Of a stretch of 64,000 nt of DNA, positions 1-10,700 are shown in pieces. The notes under the pieces are model-generated. The model was not told where the DNA came from. It saw nothing but the letters and a program-made list of their open reading frames with translations, and ran no database searches. The DNA lies in assembly GCA_000002435.2 (NCBI GenBank), contig CM018793.1. The stretch is one strand, 5' to 3'. This stretch comes from Giardia intestinalis. Its lineage: Eukaryota. A program made the translations under genes and the position numbers. Numbering within the stretch: the first letter of the stretch is position 1; each line of letters opens with the position of its first letter.

Positions 1-62
1 AGCAGACCAAACAAGAAAATCGAGCAAGAAGATCACGCAAGATTTTCAACGCTACTTTTTTA

Positions 63-3000
63 ATGTTACGTGACAGGAACACGTATCTAGCGGAGGCCTT
101 GCGCAGCCACATAGATAGCTTCGGGAGCTCTGCAGAGCAGCTTAGAGCTAAGATAGAGACCAGCATACAGTCTATAGGAGCCGATTTCTGGAAACATAAC
201 ACTGAAAAGGCGGAAGCAATAACGGAGTCACTGGAAAGATATGCTTCTGGTCTTGGAGAACGCATTCAGGCATTACTGGACAATATCATTGACGCCTATA
301 AGGAGGCGCGCTCACGGAAGAGGGAGGTTTCTGATGCCTTTGTTCTTCTGAGGGGTCTTCTGCAAACTTACTCTAATCTGTTCTTCTACGGCGTAACAGC
401 CCCGATAATAGATGTCACATCCTTTTCACCACCCCGGTCTCCAGTGGTAGCGGTCCGCTCTCATCTCCGTCAACTTGTTTCTGAATATAGCGTTCCCGAC
501 GCCCCTCTTCTCGAACTGAACATATCTGGGATCAAACAATTTACATGGGCCTATGAAAAGCTCAAGCCAGATACTGTTTCTATTCAGGCTCTCTTCTCTG
601 GTAAGGAGGGGCCTCTGGCCATCAAAAATGCCATGATTGACTCCTATCTGAATGATACCAGGGGGATTTACAACTTGCTATTTCAGATTCTTGTTCGTGA
701 CTATGGAGAGGATGTTTCTCCTTACCCTTCTTCATTAGTTGGCGCTGCATTTCGCCTACTTGACTCTAAAGGCATGAATTCACAGAGTCCACATAGTACT
801 GTACAAATCTCCGATAGATTGCTTTATAATCAGCGAAAGTATCTTAAAACAAAGCTAGCATTTCATGAGCATGTGCTTTCTTCATATTATGAAATCCACC
901 AATCTCTGGAAGACTCCTTGAAAGTCCACGACTCCTCTTTGTTTAGAAAGCTGCATACGAGAACAACACTTAATGACGAGCATCGCCTGCTCAAACAAGC
1001 TATGTCCTTTATACGTCAAGGCGAATACACTGACATGGGCTCAGTAGTGTCGGCCTTGGAGTCATGCATCAGCAGTGCAACGAGCGAGCTTCCACAGGCA
1101 ATACTTCTCGATCCTCCATCCTTTTCAGCCGCTTCAGCGCTTGATGTCCGACTTCAAACTCAGACAAGAGTTCTTGCCTTTATTAAGAAGCAAATTGGCT
1201 TGCACGCCCAGTTTGACATTCTAGATGTGGAGCACTCCCTTGCAGATATCGAGAAAAAGTTGCGACAACTGAATGCTCAGCTTAGGTTAAGTATTCCAGA
1301 AGCAGTACAGCGCCTAGAAGATCACTTGATGGTTGAAGTGGGAGTCTACACTTCCGTGGGTAATAAGGACTTTCCTGCACGCCGTATACTTGACGCATTA
1401 CAACGATATCGCCTAGACCCCGACACACTTCTGCAAGAATATGCAGAGGTCTCGCTCTCTGTAAAGGCAATGGAATATTATATCAAATCTCTTCTTGCCA
1501 TTGTTCAACCAGGAGACGAGGACCATCAGTATGTTTCCCATCTTCTACAGGTGTTCGATGCACATTTTGATGATGCACTCACAAAATTAGTTAACGCTGA
1601 AGGCACGACTGGTAGGACCGAAACGTGCAACGTAGATACTCCTTCGGGTAGACTTGAGACTCAATATAAGCTGCTTCATGAGCTGTCTTTACTAACTGCG
1701 GTATCAATCGCATCTGGCTCTCTCTTATCTTCATTTCAGAAGTTTACTAAAGGGTTACCAATCCCGGGGTTAAAAGATATAACACCCAATTTGTTTGCGT
1801 TGACCAGTCACTGTCAAATCCCGACAAGTGCCCTCTTGCAGGAGGCAGATTTGATCACCGTGGCTTTGCGCCCGCTCACAGAGCCGCACGGTGTACTCTC
1901 ACATGCTCTGCATAATGCATCAGAAATTATTCAATCTGCGGGGGAAGGCACACGTGTTCTTTCTGCAGGTATATTTAACGACAACAGAAGTGCGCGACTG
2001 GCAGACTTATCTCGAGCTTATGCAGTACGCAATAAGATGCGACTTGAGGACATGATGGGGAAGATTAGACGATGCTTTGACGTTCACAACAGGGCTATCA
2101 TGATACTTAGTAACAGTACCGCAGATTTGCTCGGGCAAAAGGTACAAACACTGTCGAAAATTATAGGATCTCCACAGCCACCCGAACTCGATGCACGAGC
2201 ACAATACGGGGAACTATATGGATCACTAAAGGATCTCACATTGAAGACTGGACAATTGACCATGCAATCTGAGCTATCCACTATAGAAAAATTCATCAAG
2301 AGCAGAAAGCGCTATTCGGCGCACTTAGAAGAGCTGTGTCAAGAGAGCAAGAGGTTTACTAGTCTCGGAGACGAGATAGCTAAGATTGTAGAGTCTCACA
2401 ATGCAATATGTGATAGATCATTGGAGATACTAAAGCAAGCTAGCGACAATTATGCCGAACAGCTCAAAGAGTTATGGAATGAAGGGATTCTAAAGTATGA
2501 TCAACTTACGCAAACGCTGCACGCTGAGGCAGCGGAGGACAGGACGAAGTTTGCGGACATGAAGGCACTTATTGAGCCGTGCTTAATGTACTCTCAATTT
2601 CCACCGTCCCAGAGTTTAGTGTCCAGCATCTGTGCCCCGTTTATAAACGAGAATGAGGAGATTACAGAGGGGGGCGGCGTTGGGTTGGAAGCAAAGAAAG
2701 CCAGTACAAAAACGGAATCAGCAATGGCAATACGTGTCCCCGTGTTGTCACCCACCGGAAAGAATTCCATATCAAACACGCTAAAAGTAGCCAAAGCATT
2801 GGACATAGCCGCCAAGGGGTCAGTATTCTATGGTATTGAAAACGGGTCGGAAGGCACGATGGAGAGTGTCTATGTAAAGCTGCACTTCAGTCTTCGGCAC
2901 ATCGAGTTTGCCTTCGAAGAGGGATCCTTCTCCTTAAGTCTCGGCAGTGTTATCGCAGTATATGTTGCATCATCTACCCTCACTTGTGGTGGTAATGTAT

Positions 3001-3176
3001 ACTACTGTCTTGTCTTAACGACTCCACAGACAAAGTACGAGATTTATGCGAGGGATCGCAGCATCCTACAAGCGTGGGTTTGCTCGCTTAAGAATATATT
3101 GGCATATGGCAAGGACATAAAGCCCCTCCGGAGCATCTGGCTTTCCTCTTCAAAAGAAAATGCTAGGCTTAGTTAG
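63..3176 (+). CDS. Hypothetical protein, 1037 aa, with no recognisable domain. Its stop TAG (3174-3176) overlaps the convergent neighbour's stop.
   Basis: Long ORF with an ATG at 63-65, an AT-rich tract just upstream, and a protein-like composition. No family motif recognised by eye. Confidence 0.5.
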   Translation: MLRDRNTYLAEALRSHIDSFGSSAEQLRAKIETSIQSIGADFWKHNTEKAEAITESLERYASGLGERIQALLDNIIDAYKEARSRKREVSDAFVLLRGLLQTYSNLFFYGVTAPIIDVTSFSPPRSPVVAVRSHLRQLVSEYSVPDAPLLELNISGIKQFTWAYEKLKPDTVSIQALFSGKEGPLAIKNAMIDSYLNDTRGIYNLLFQILVRDYGEDVSPYPSSLVGAAFRLLDSKGMNSQSPHSTVQISDRLLYNQRKYLKTKLAFHEHVLSSYYEIHQSLEDSLKVHDSSLFRKLHTRTTLNDEHRLLKQAMSFIRQGEYTDMGSVVSALESCISSATSELPQAILLDPPSFSAASALDVRLQTQTRVLAFIKKQIGLHAQFDILDVEHSLADIEKKLRQLNAQLRLSIPEAVQRLEDHLMVEVGVYTSVGNKDFPARRILDALQRYRLDPDTLLQEYAEVSLSVKAMEYYIKSLLAIVQPGDEDHQYVSHLLQVFDAHFDDALTKLVNAEGTTGRTETCNVDTPSGRLETQYKLLHELSLLTAVSIASGSLLSSFQKFTKGLPIPGLKDITPNLFALTSHCQIPTSALLQEADLITVALRPLTEPHGVLSHALHNASEIIQSAGEGTRVLSAGIFNDNRSARLADLSRAYAVRNKMRLEDMMGKIRRCFDVHNRAIMILSNSTADLLGQKVQTLSKIIGSPQPPELDARAQYGELYGSLKDLTLKTGQLTMQSELSTIEKFIKSRKRYSAHLEELCQESKRFTSLGDEIAKIVESHNAICDRSLEILKQASDNYAEQLKELWNEGILKYDQLTQTLHAEAAEDRTKFADMKALIEPCLMYSQFPPSQSLVSSICAPFINENEEITEGGGVGLEAKKASTKTESAMAIRVPVLSPTGKNSISNTLKVAKALDIAAKGSVFYGIENGSEGTMESVYVKLHFSLRHIEFAFEEGSFSLSLGSVIAVYVASSTLTCGGNVYYCLVLTTPQTKYEIYARDRSILQAWVCSLKNILAYGKDIKPLRSIWLSSSKENARLS

Positions 3177-4423
3177 GCTTGTCGCTCATTATTCTGGACA
3201 GCGTGTCTTTGCATCATCTCGTTAAGTCGTTCGTACACAGACACCATTGTGCAGGTACTGTGACTGTACTTCCATTCATTGATAAGACGCTTTGGACATA
3301 TCTTTGCGATCTTATCGTCCAGTTCTTTCGGCGGGGTGTCCTGTATCGATACTTCCTCTATGAAGATGGTACACAGCATAATGCAGCGCCTCAGTGAGAC
3401 CCGCGCAAGGTCCTCATACCATTGTGCTATGAAACCTAATGACGATCTATTAGTGATATTAGGTCTAGATGCTGAGCTTGAAAGCAAACTTGAAAGTGTG
3501 CCGCTCCTTGCCTCAAGAAAAGAAATAAAGCGCTCAACAGGAATGCTTTCAAAGTAACTAAAAAGGTTGTCTTGAAGAAACCAAAAGTTTCGCGTCTCCA
3601 ATGATTCTAGGTACTGCTCTAGCATGTGTAGAAAAAAGAACGGATAGAGTTCCGTGCACTCTTTTTCAATGGCGCTAATTATGTCACTAGATTGATTGTC
3701 GTAGTCACGCAGTTGTTCGACAGGTCTGTGGCAACTCTCTTGTACCATGTTTATAGCCATACTTACAAGTTTCCATGCTTGCTCTAAGTGCTCCCTGTAA
3801 TGCGCCAAGTTACCATATTCCTTTATGAGCATCTCAAATATACCCTTGAAGAATCCATAATCCTTATCAGGAGCATCGTAGTCCAACGGAGTGAACCAAT
3901 TGAAGTGAGTGTTCTTCGACAATAGGAAAAGCTTGGCAAAGATGTCATCCCTAAAAGCATTACACCCCAATGGGGTGATCGACCTGGACGCAGTGGACAC
4001 AGGCACGGACCTTAGCTTATCCCGTAAAGTTTTCAGTACTGAGACGGTTTCAAGCGTCATTGGCTGCGCTGGGCACACAGAGTAAAGAGCCTCATTAACC
4101 ATGCGTGAAACCTTCAAGAGGGAGGCGGTACTATAGCTCGATGTCTGCCACTTGGTGTCAAGAGAAACGCCGTTATGAGCCACGTTATAGAGTACACCAG
4201 GACCATCTTCTGGTTCAACGACATACCACGACCGGTTTAATATCAGCATTATTATGTCTTGGAGAACATCGTATGCCGTGACTAGTAAGGTTTCGGACTC
4301 GTTGTTCATGCACATGTTATATTTTTTTGAAAATAAGTTGACGAAAGTATTCATAGTGACAAGATGACAATCTCGCAAGAAATACTGGACCAAACTAGTA
4401 TCTAGCTCCTCTACTCTTTTCAT
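3173..4423 (-). CDS. Hypothetical protein, about 416 aa. Start moved to the first real ATG (4421-4423); the track start at 4435 is TTG.
   Basis: ORF 3173..4435 on the minus strand. Codon 4433-4435 is caa on plus, which is TTG. The true ATG is 12 nt in, giving MKRVEELD. No family motif recognised. Confidence 0.5.
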   Translation of the reverse strand: MKRVEELDTSLVQYFLRDCHLVTMNTFVNLFSKKYNMCMNNESETLLVTAYDVLQDIIMLILNRSWYVVEPEDGPGVLYNVAHNGVSLDTKWQTSSYSTASLLKVSRMVNEALYSVCPAQPMTLETVSVLKTLRDKLRSVPVSTASRSITPLGCNAFRDDIFAKLFLLSKNTHFNWFTPLDYDAPDKDYGFFKGIFEMLIKEYGNLAHYREHLEQAWKLVSMAINMVQESCHRPVEQLRDYDNQSSDIISAIEKECTELYPFFFLHMLEQYLESLETRNFWFLQDNLFSYFESIPVERFISFLEARSGTLSSLLSSSASRPNITNRSSLGFIAQWYEDLARVSLRRCIMLCTIFIEEVSIQDTPPKELDDKIAKICPKRLINEWKYSHSTCTMVSVYERLNEMMQRHAVQNNERQA

Positions 4424-4463
4424 GAAGATTTGCAATCAAAACATAAACTAGCTTGTCAATAAA

Positions 4464-5987
4464 ATGAATGCTACAGGTTTAATGACCACCCCATTACCAG
4501 TCAAGACAGACATGCTCTCCGCCGGTGACCTTTCGGTTTTTCAGTTGGGGTGGCCACTAGTTTATCAGAACCAAGGAGTTGTACGGAACGACCTGTCCTC
4601 CATGATCAATGAATCTGCTTATACTCTTCAGCAGCTCTCCTGTATCCGTCCTCTTTATGAGAATTACTGTGACGACAACACAGTGGCTCCGCCCACGGCT
4701 TTGCTTCGTCCCAGTCTTGGTGCGATGTTGGTTGAGCAACCTCAATGTACTGGAAAGTTTAGCGACCCTATCAATACATCTACCCAAGCATCAAACTGCC
4801 ACACAATGTATTCTACAAACAATATAAGTAATAGTAAGGATTCTATCAAGGATTCTGGCCTGATTGTCCCTGTTGAAAGCGATGTAAGTAATTCTGAAAT
4901 TAAAGAGGTACAAGCACCGCCCGAGGGCTCTGAGCAGGCACGTTGTCAGTTGTGCCTTGAGCTTCCTTTCAACGGATCGTTTGATTCAGCAATCAGCCCT
5001 GCCTTTCGGACTGCATTCGTGAAGGAGGTCCGTGCCGGTCAGAGGCTGCGTCAGACCCCTGCGGTCTTTACCACAAATAGAGTAAGTATTCGTCCTGGCA
5101 TATCTTTGAATTCATTTTGTTCGGCTCCTGAGTCAATCTCTGCTCCGGCGATGAACACCGAGAATGTCGATGTCGAGCAGGTAGTGTATCCCCCATCTTT
5201 GAATGAAATGGGACAGATCCTGCCTACAGGCGTTTACTATGGAGACCCCGGGTTTCCAAAAATGGGGGTTGTTGGGCCTCTATCTACTGCGGATCATGTG
5301 GGGTCAATCACAATGGATCTTTTGACACCATCTCCTACCTCAGATAGCGTCGTTTCTGTGCTTGATAATTCCGTTATACAGCACAGCGGCTCAGCTATAT
5401 CCATTAGCTCTTTGAATGGCACTAACTTTCAGACAATGGGGTCACATTATCCCTCCACTAGCGTGTTCCCCTACTCAACTCCTCTTACTCTAACACCTCA
5501 GATCCCTGCATATTATTGTCCTGGTATCATCGCAGGTCAACCAATACAATATACTGTCGCCGCTTTGGGACACCCAATCCAGCTGCAACCACCTCTGACC
5601 CAACCGTCTGCACACGCCATGGTTTCTCATGGTCTCCAGCCTCTACATTCTCAGACCTATGCTACACGACGGAAGCCCAGGCGCGCTTCTACCTCATCGG
5701 GAGACGCTCAGAGCTCGCAGACACCCTTTTACTGGACGCGTGAGCAAGCAGAATTATTCGATCGGGTCCATCATCGGATTGGAGTCGACAGAGCAACTGA
5801 TAAGGCCATATGGGATGAACTGCGCCATCACATTCCAAATTTAACACAACGGATGGTCCAATCACGTCTGCAGAAACGGAGACTGGCCATTCGTAAGTAT
5901 TATAAACTCAATCCAAAGAGCCAACTGAAAAGACACCACGTCCACCCAGAATTTCAGACCAACAATGAGCTTTATCCAGTTGAGTGA
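4464..5987 (+). CDS. Ser/Thr/Pro-rich protein with a C-terminal single Myb/SANT-like helix-turn-helix domain.
   Basis: The C-terminal segment WTREQAELFDRVHHRIGVDRATDKAIWDELRHHIPNLTQRMVQSRLQKRR has the spaced aromatic/basic pattern of a Myb/SANT repeat. The upstream ~400 aa are low-complexity S/T/P-rich. ATG verified at 4464. Confidence 0.4.
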   Translation: MNATGLMTTPLPVKTDMLSAGDLSVFQLGWPLVYQNQGVVRNDLSSMINESAYTLQQLSCIRPLYENYCDDNTVAPPTALLRPSLGAMLVEQPQCTGKFSDPINTSTQASNCHTMYSTNNISNSKDSIKDSGLIVPVESDVSNSEIKEVQAPPEGSEQARCQLCLELPFNGSFDSAISPAFRTAFVKEVRAGQRLRQTPAVFTTNRVSIRPGISLNSFCSAPESISAPAMNTENVDVEQVVYPPSLNEMGQILPTGVYYGDPGFPKMGVVGPLSTADHVGSITMDLLTPSPTSDSVVSVLDNSVIQHSGSAISISSLNGTNFQTMGSHYPSTSVFPYSTPLTLTPQIPAYYCPGIIAGQPIQYTVAALGHPIQLQPPLTQPSAHAMVSHGLQPLHSQTYATRRKPRRASTSSGDAQSSQTPFYWTREQAELFDRVHHRIGVDRATDKAIWDELRHHIPNLTQRMVQSRLQKRRLAIRKYYKLNPKSQLKRHHVHPEFQTNNELYPVE

Positions 5988-6007
5988 GTAAATCTGAGTG
6001 AGTAAAC
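5987..6007 (+). promoter_or_regulatory. Two poly(A)-signal-like heptamers, AGTAAAT at 5987-5993 (overlapping stop TGA 5985-5987) and AGTAAAC at 6001-6007.
   Basis: Matches the AGTRAAY Giardia polyadenylation consensus, located at or just after the stop as is typical in Giardia. Confidence 0.45.
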
Positions 6008-6069
6008 AAGCGGAGTTAGCCAGTGGAGTTACTCTCTAGTCAACTTGGGTTTTTCAGACATATAAAAAG

Positions 6070-7728
6070 ATGAAATCGTATGTTGCTATGGAGTTTCTTG
6101 TTCCCTTAGCCTCTTTTCTCGTTGCCAGTATTATTATTCTAGTCTTTACGAAGGATGCAGAAGGGATTTACGAGAGATTGATTGCTGTTGAGCGCTTCAC
6201 CCTCACACGTACCATGACGGTCCTGCTCTTTGAATCCTTGCTCTTTCTGATAGTTCTTTCCATAAGACACATCCTTTTCCCTAGAACAACCAACATGGAG
6301 CTTTTGCAGATCTATCATGTAGTCCTCTTTTCTTACGTTACAACGTTTTTCAACATTGTTAAATGGGCGTCATTTCATAACTATCTCAACATTGGGGCTC
6401 TTAAGACACTGAGTATGGCCGTAGTACTTTCACATATGCGAGTAGTTGTCGAATTTTATAGTTACCGCATGAATACTCTACTTTCAGAAATAGACACCAA
6501 CAACAACTTTATTGCCGAAGAGGCTCAGGAGCACCACCGTCGCAAGCTAAGAATTCTCAGATGGGAGCTTCTACGACCGACCATTGTCATTCCGGTAGTT
6601 ATCTACTCTTCTCTACGCTTCTTTAAGGACCATAGAGACGGTCCTATGCCATTTTATTACCGCACGAGTCTATTTGTTGCACTAAAACTCATGATTCAGT
6701 ATTTCAAGGTGCTTGCCGAAGGAGGACTGACCATTTTTAACAACTCTGCTCAGAATGGACGAAAGCCCGAGGTCATTTACGCAAAGACTCTTGCAACGCT
6801 TTCTCTAGACTTGCTAGAGTTCGGCATCATTTTCGTAGTCACCCTCAACTCAGTAGCTCATGCCTTCAAGGCAGACTCTATTGCAGACCTGATGAAGGGT
6901 ACAGCACATAACAAAGGCCATCTGGGGCTACAATCTCGCTACTTCTATATCTTCTTTGTGGAACTCTTCAGTCTTAATGAGTCCTTTATTCATTGCTCCA
7001 AGAGCTGGAAGAGAATGCAACGTGCACGCTTGATTATGAACAAGTTTAACATATTAGTGCAGCCCAGCTGCGAGGAGATATACGGACTTCCCCTCGACGT
7101 AGTATCCACTAACCCAGACGCGCATGAGAGCATTGAGGCCTGCAGCATATGCATGGGCAGCTTCACGCTATTTGGTGATGAGGGGAAAAACAATCCGGTG
7201 AGGAAGCTTCCGTGCAACCATCTTTACCACAAGGATTGCATTCAGAGTTGGATTGTGAGCGGGAACACGCTTTGCCCCCTGTGTGGACGCGATGTTTTCA
7301 ATCCTGCTCCCCAACAAGAGCCGCTGAGAAGCGAGCCAGGTGCACAAAATGAGCAGCAAGAAGTTCCGGAAGCACCTACCCTTGCTGCAGAACCTGACGC
7401 TATTGCAGGACAGAAAGAGGTTGACGCAAATGCCACCCAGGCGCCTGTGTCTATTGTATCTAAAAACTCTGTTCGCGATATCTCTACGCACCCCATCCTA
7501 TTCGAGATGCCCGTTTTTTCTCTAGAGGAGAACGTGGATTGGAACGCATTAACTCTAGATTCCATACAGGAGAGTATTAGTGAGTCAACAAGGATTTACC
7601 TGGACAAACTAGACGCTTATATAAAAATGCGCTCTCACGTCAGGGAACTGGGTCTATTCATCAACGTTGTTGGTGACATTTATAAGCCCTATTCCTCTGT
7701 GACAACCGTAAGAGCAGATACAGACTAA
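6070..7728 (+). CDS. Multi-pass membrane protein with a C-terminal RING-H2 finger, likely a membrane-anchored E3 ubiquitin ligase of Hrd1/RNF-like topology.
   Basis: Seven or more hydrophobic helices in the first ~260 aa. RING-H2 motif CSICMGSF-(x18)-CNHLYHKDC-(x10)-CPLCGRD, i.e. C-x2-C ... C-x-H-x2-H-x2-C ... C-x2-C. The C-terminus is acidic and low-complexity. Confidence 0.6.
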   Translation: MKSYVAMEFLVPLASFLVASIIILVFTKDAEGIYERLIAVERFTLTRTMTVLLFESLLFLIVLSIRHILFPRTTNMELLQIYHVVLFSYVTTFFNIVKWASFHNYLNIGALKTLSMAVVLSHMRVVVEFYSYRMNTLLSEIDTNNNFIAEEAQEHHRRKLRILRWELLRPTIVIPVVIYSSLRFFKDHRDGPMPFYYRTSLFVALKLMIQYFKVLAEGGLTIFNNSAQNGRKPEVIYAKTLATLSLDLLEFGIIFVVTLNSVAHAFKADSIADLMKGTAHNKGHLGLQSRYFYIFFVELFSLNESFIHCSKSWKRMQRARLIMNKFNILVQPSCEEIYGLPLDVVSTNPDAHESIEACSICMGSFTLFGDEGKNNPVRKLPCNHLYHKDCIQSWIVSGNTLCPLCGRDVFNPAPQQEPLRSEPGAQNEQQEVPEAPTLAAEPDAIAGQKEVDANATQAPVSIVSKNSVRDISTHPILFEMPVFSLEENVDWNALTLDSIQESISESTRIYLDKLDAYIKMRSHVRELGLFINVVGDIYKPYSSVTTVRADTD

Positions 7729-7798
7729 GTGTAACAGTTAATAGTTAAAAAACCTGAGTAATGAAAGCAAGCTTGTATCATAGCCCCCCATCACATGA

Positions 7799-10700
7799 TC
7801 AGATTCCTATTATTAGACTTACTTCTTCATTGTTAACGCTTCTAGCAATATCTCCGGGGGTCCTCCCATCGGTGAGGAGAAGAGTGCGTTCCAAAGGCGC
7901 AAGAACTTTAACAATGTCCGTGTTATTCATTAATATCGCATCAACCAATGCAGTCTCTCCGGTTGTTCGTTGCATTCCACCCTCTATGTCGGACAAATAC
8001 TTTACGATGTCTATACGATTGTTCTGAGCTGCGTACATGAGAGCGGTGTTTCCGGCATAATCCTTAATCCTCATCTCAGCTGCTGACAGCATCCTGACAA
8101 CGTCTAAGTGCCCCTTTTGTGCGGCTATCATCATGGCCGTAAGTCCTCCTGTATTCTGCATCTTACCTTCGATTCTATGTAGCAAAGCCACAAGGTCAAT
8201 GTTTCCAGCAGATGCCGCGTGCATTAGCGCTGTGTCTCCATGGGTGTTTCGAAGACGGCCTTCCTTTTCCACCAGCTCCCGTCCTATTTCGAGATTGTTA
8301 GTCTTTGCACAAAGCATTAATGCAGTGCTTTTAGTATTTGACACACGCCCGGCTTCTCTGAAGTAAAGCAACCGTGCTATGTGATTATTGCCATTTGCTA
8401 ACGCATGCATTAGGGCAGTTTCTCCGTTGATATTTTGGATTCCTGATTCTCTGGGAGCCAGCAGAAACGCTATTTCTTCGTCACCATTTAGAGAAGCATA
8501 CATCAGGGCTGTTTTCCCACTTGCATCCTGAATTCCTGCTTCAAGATCCAATAATATGTATGCGGTTGTCGCGCGATAATACTTTGCAGCTATCATTAGC
8601 GCTGTTGTACCACTATTTGTCTGCAGTTGTGCCTCCTGATGAAGAAGTAGTTTAACCACATCATTACTTCCTCTTTGGGAGGCAAACATCAAGGCTGTAG
8701 CTCCGTCGTTGGAGATAAAACCAGCCTCATATCGCATCAGCATCTCCACGGCATCGATGGAGTTGTTAGCAGCAGCATACATCAAAGCCGTCCGCCCACA
8801 GTCATCAACCGCTCTCAGCTGCCTTTCGTCACACACCAGGTGTCGCAAGGTGTTCATGTCATTGGTCGCTGCGGCACGCATCAAACCAGTTACATCAGGC
8901 GCCCATAAGTCAGGCAAGAGTAGATTTGGAAATAGAACAAAGTACTGTCGTTTTAAGACCAGTGCATCAGCAGGAGTTTCTTCCAGATATTTATCATGCA
9001 AAATGGCGGTGATATTGTAGGCACCGAGGGATACGTTCCTATTCGGTGGATTCGCATTGCTACGAGCTGCCATGGCAAGGGCGCCGGTCGATATTGGTGG
9101 CAAACTCTCTTCATGACCTGTCGTACTGGAGGCTTGGGTCAGCTGATTCTCTAATTCTGCACTCAGTGGCTCCTTCCTAAACACACGAGACTCCGGGTTA
9201 AGCACTACTGGACCCAGATTGCTCCTATGCAGCTTGGGAAGGAATCTCTCCCCATAATGGAAGGTAGCAGGCCGCGTAACAGTTGACGAAGTCAGTAATT
9301 GCTCACGGTATGGTTTCAGCCGCTCTTCCAGCACATCCTTTATGACATTCATATCAACTAAATCGGAACTGGTATACTTGTGGGTTTTTAAATCGTCTGA
9401 TAGGGGGAAGTACCCCGGTACTAGGCGTGTTACTCTATTTAAGATGTCTTCGATGGTTATGGTATTGATGTCATGATTATTTAGAAAGTCTATAACTAGC
9501 CTATCAACAATATCAGGTGCATATTTCAAGATGGGTAAATCAGGATTGATGCCGTAATTATTTTCAGATAACCACTGCTTCTTTTCACTAATCTCTTGCT
9601 CAGTATTGTCAAGTACATGCTCTTTTTGCTCAGGGACAAGTGTTACTTGTTTGCTATTCAACTTATTTTTATGTGAAGTCAGGGGTACAGTCTCCACAGT
9701 GAGAGTCACCGGTTCCCTTGACGTTGCTATGACACTGTTTCTCCCAAAGACAGCTCCGTCTGCCAGAGGAAGGGTTTTACGCGTCATGCTAACAGTATCC
9801 AGCGTTGGTATTTGCGAGGAAGACTCAATGGCACAAGTGCTTGATACACTAGAAGCACTAGAGGTTGCCCTATCACTGGTAGTGTCAGAGACTGCCGAAG
9901 AGGTGATATAACCACAGCTTCTTGCTATATCATGATTTCGTCCGTAATAGTCTAGAGTATCGGGGTCTAGAAGAGTGTCTTTGATTCTGAAATGCTGACG
10001 TAGATCGACAGCAGATATCCTCAAGTCTTCTTGGAACTCTAAGAGAGATGAGAGAAGCTTTATCATTACTGGGGAAAGATTATACATGGCAACGTTTCCG
10101 TAGAATTCTTGGCACCGCTTTTCTATTAAAGCGGGCTGTGTGTCTATGATAAAGGGCTTGTTCGAACCGTATTCAAAGAGGGTACAGCCCAAACTCCAGA
10201 TATCGACCTTATCTCCATAGGAGCGCATCATGAGGATCTCAGGGGCGAGGTACCTGTGAGCTGATGTGGGCATATCTGAAAGCTGTCGGATCCCCAGCAG
10301 ATGTAGCAGTGGTGGCGGGCCCAGCTGGGCAACGCCTGACTCTAGAACATAAATAGTATCAGGGCAAATGTAGCGATGGGCCATCCGCCGGTTGACTCGG
10401 GTATTCGTTCTGATGGGAGAGTGCAGATACGCCAAGGCATCGGCGAGGGAAGACAACGCCTTCCATTGGGTCTTTTCGTCGACATACCTGTTGTGTTTCT
10501 CGTTTTTAGATATAACATCACGCATGCTCTGCCCTAGTGGCTCATCTACCACAATGTGCACCTGCTTGGACTGCACCTCATGGAGCACCTCATGAATTTT
10601 CAGTAGGCACGGATGGCTCAGCTGAGACCAGAGGTCGATATCGTCAAAGCACGGCGATTCACCATCGGCCAGAAGCCTGCTGTAAGAGAGACTGTGGCAC

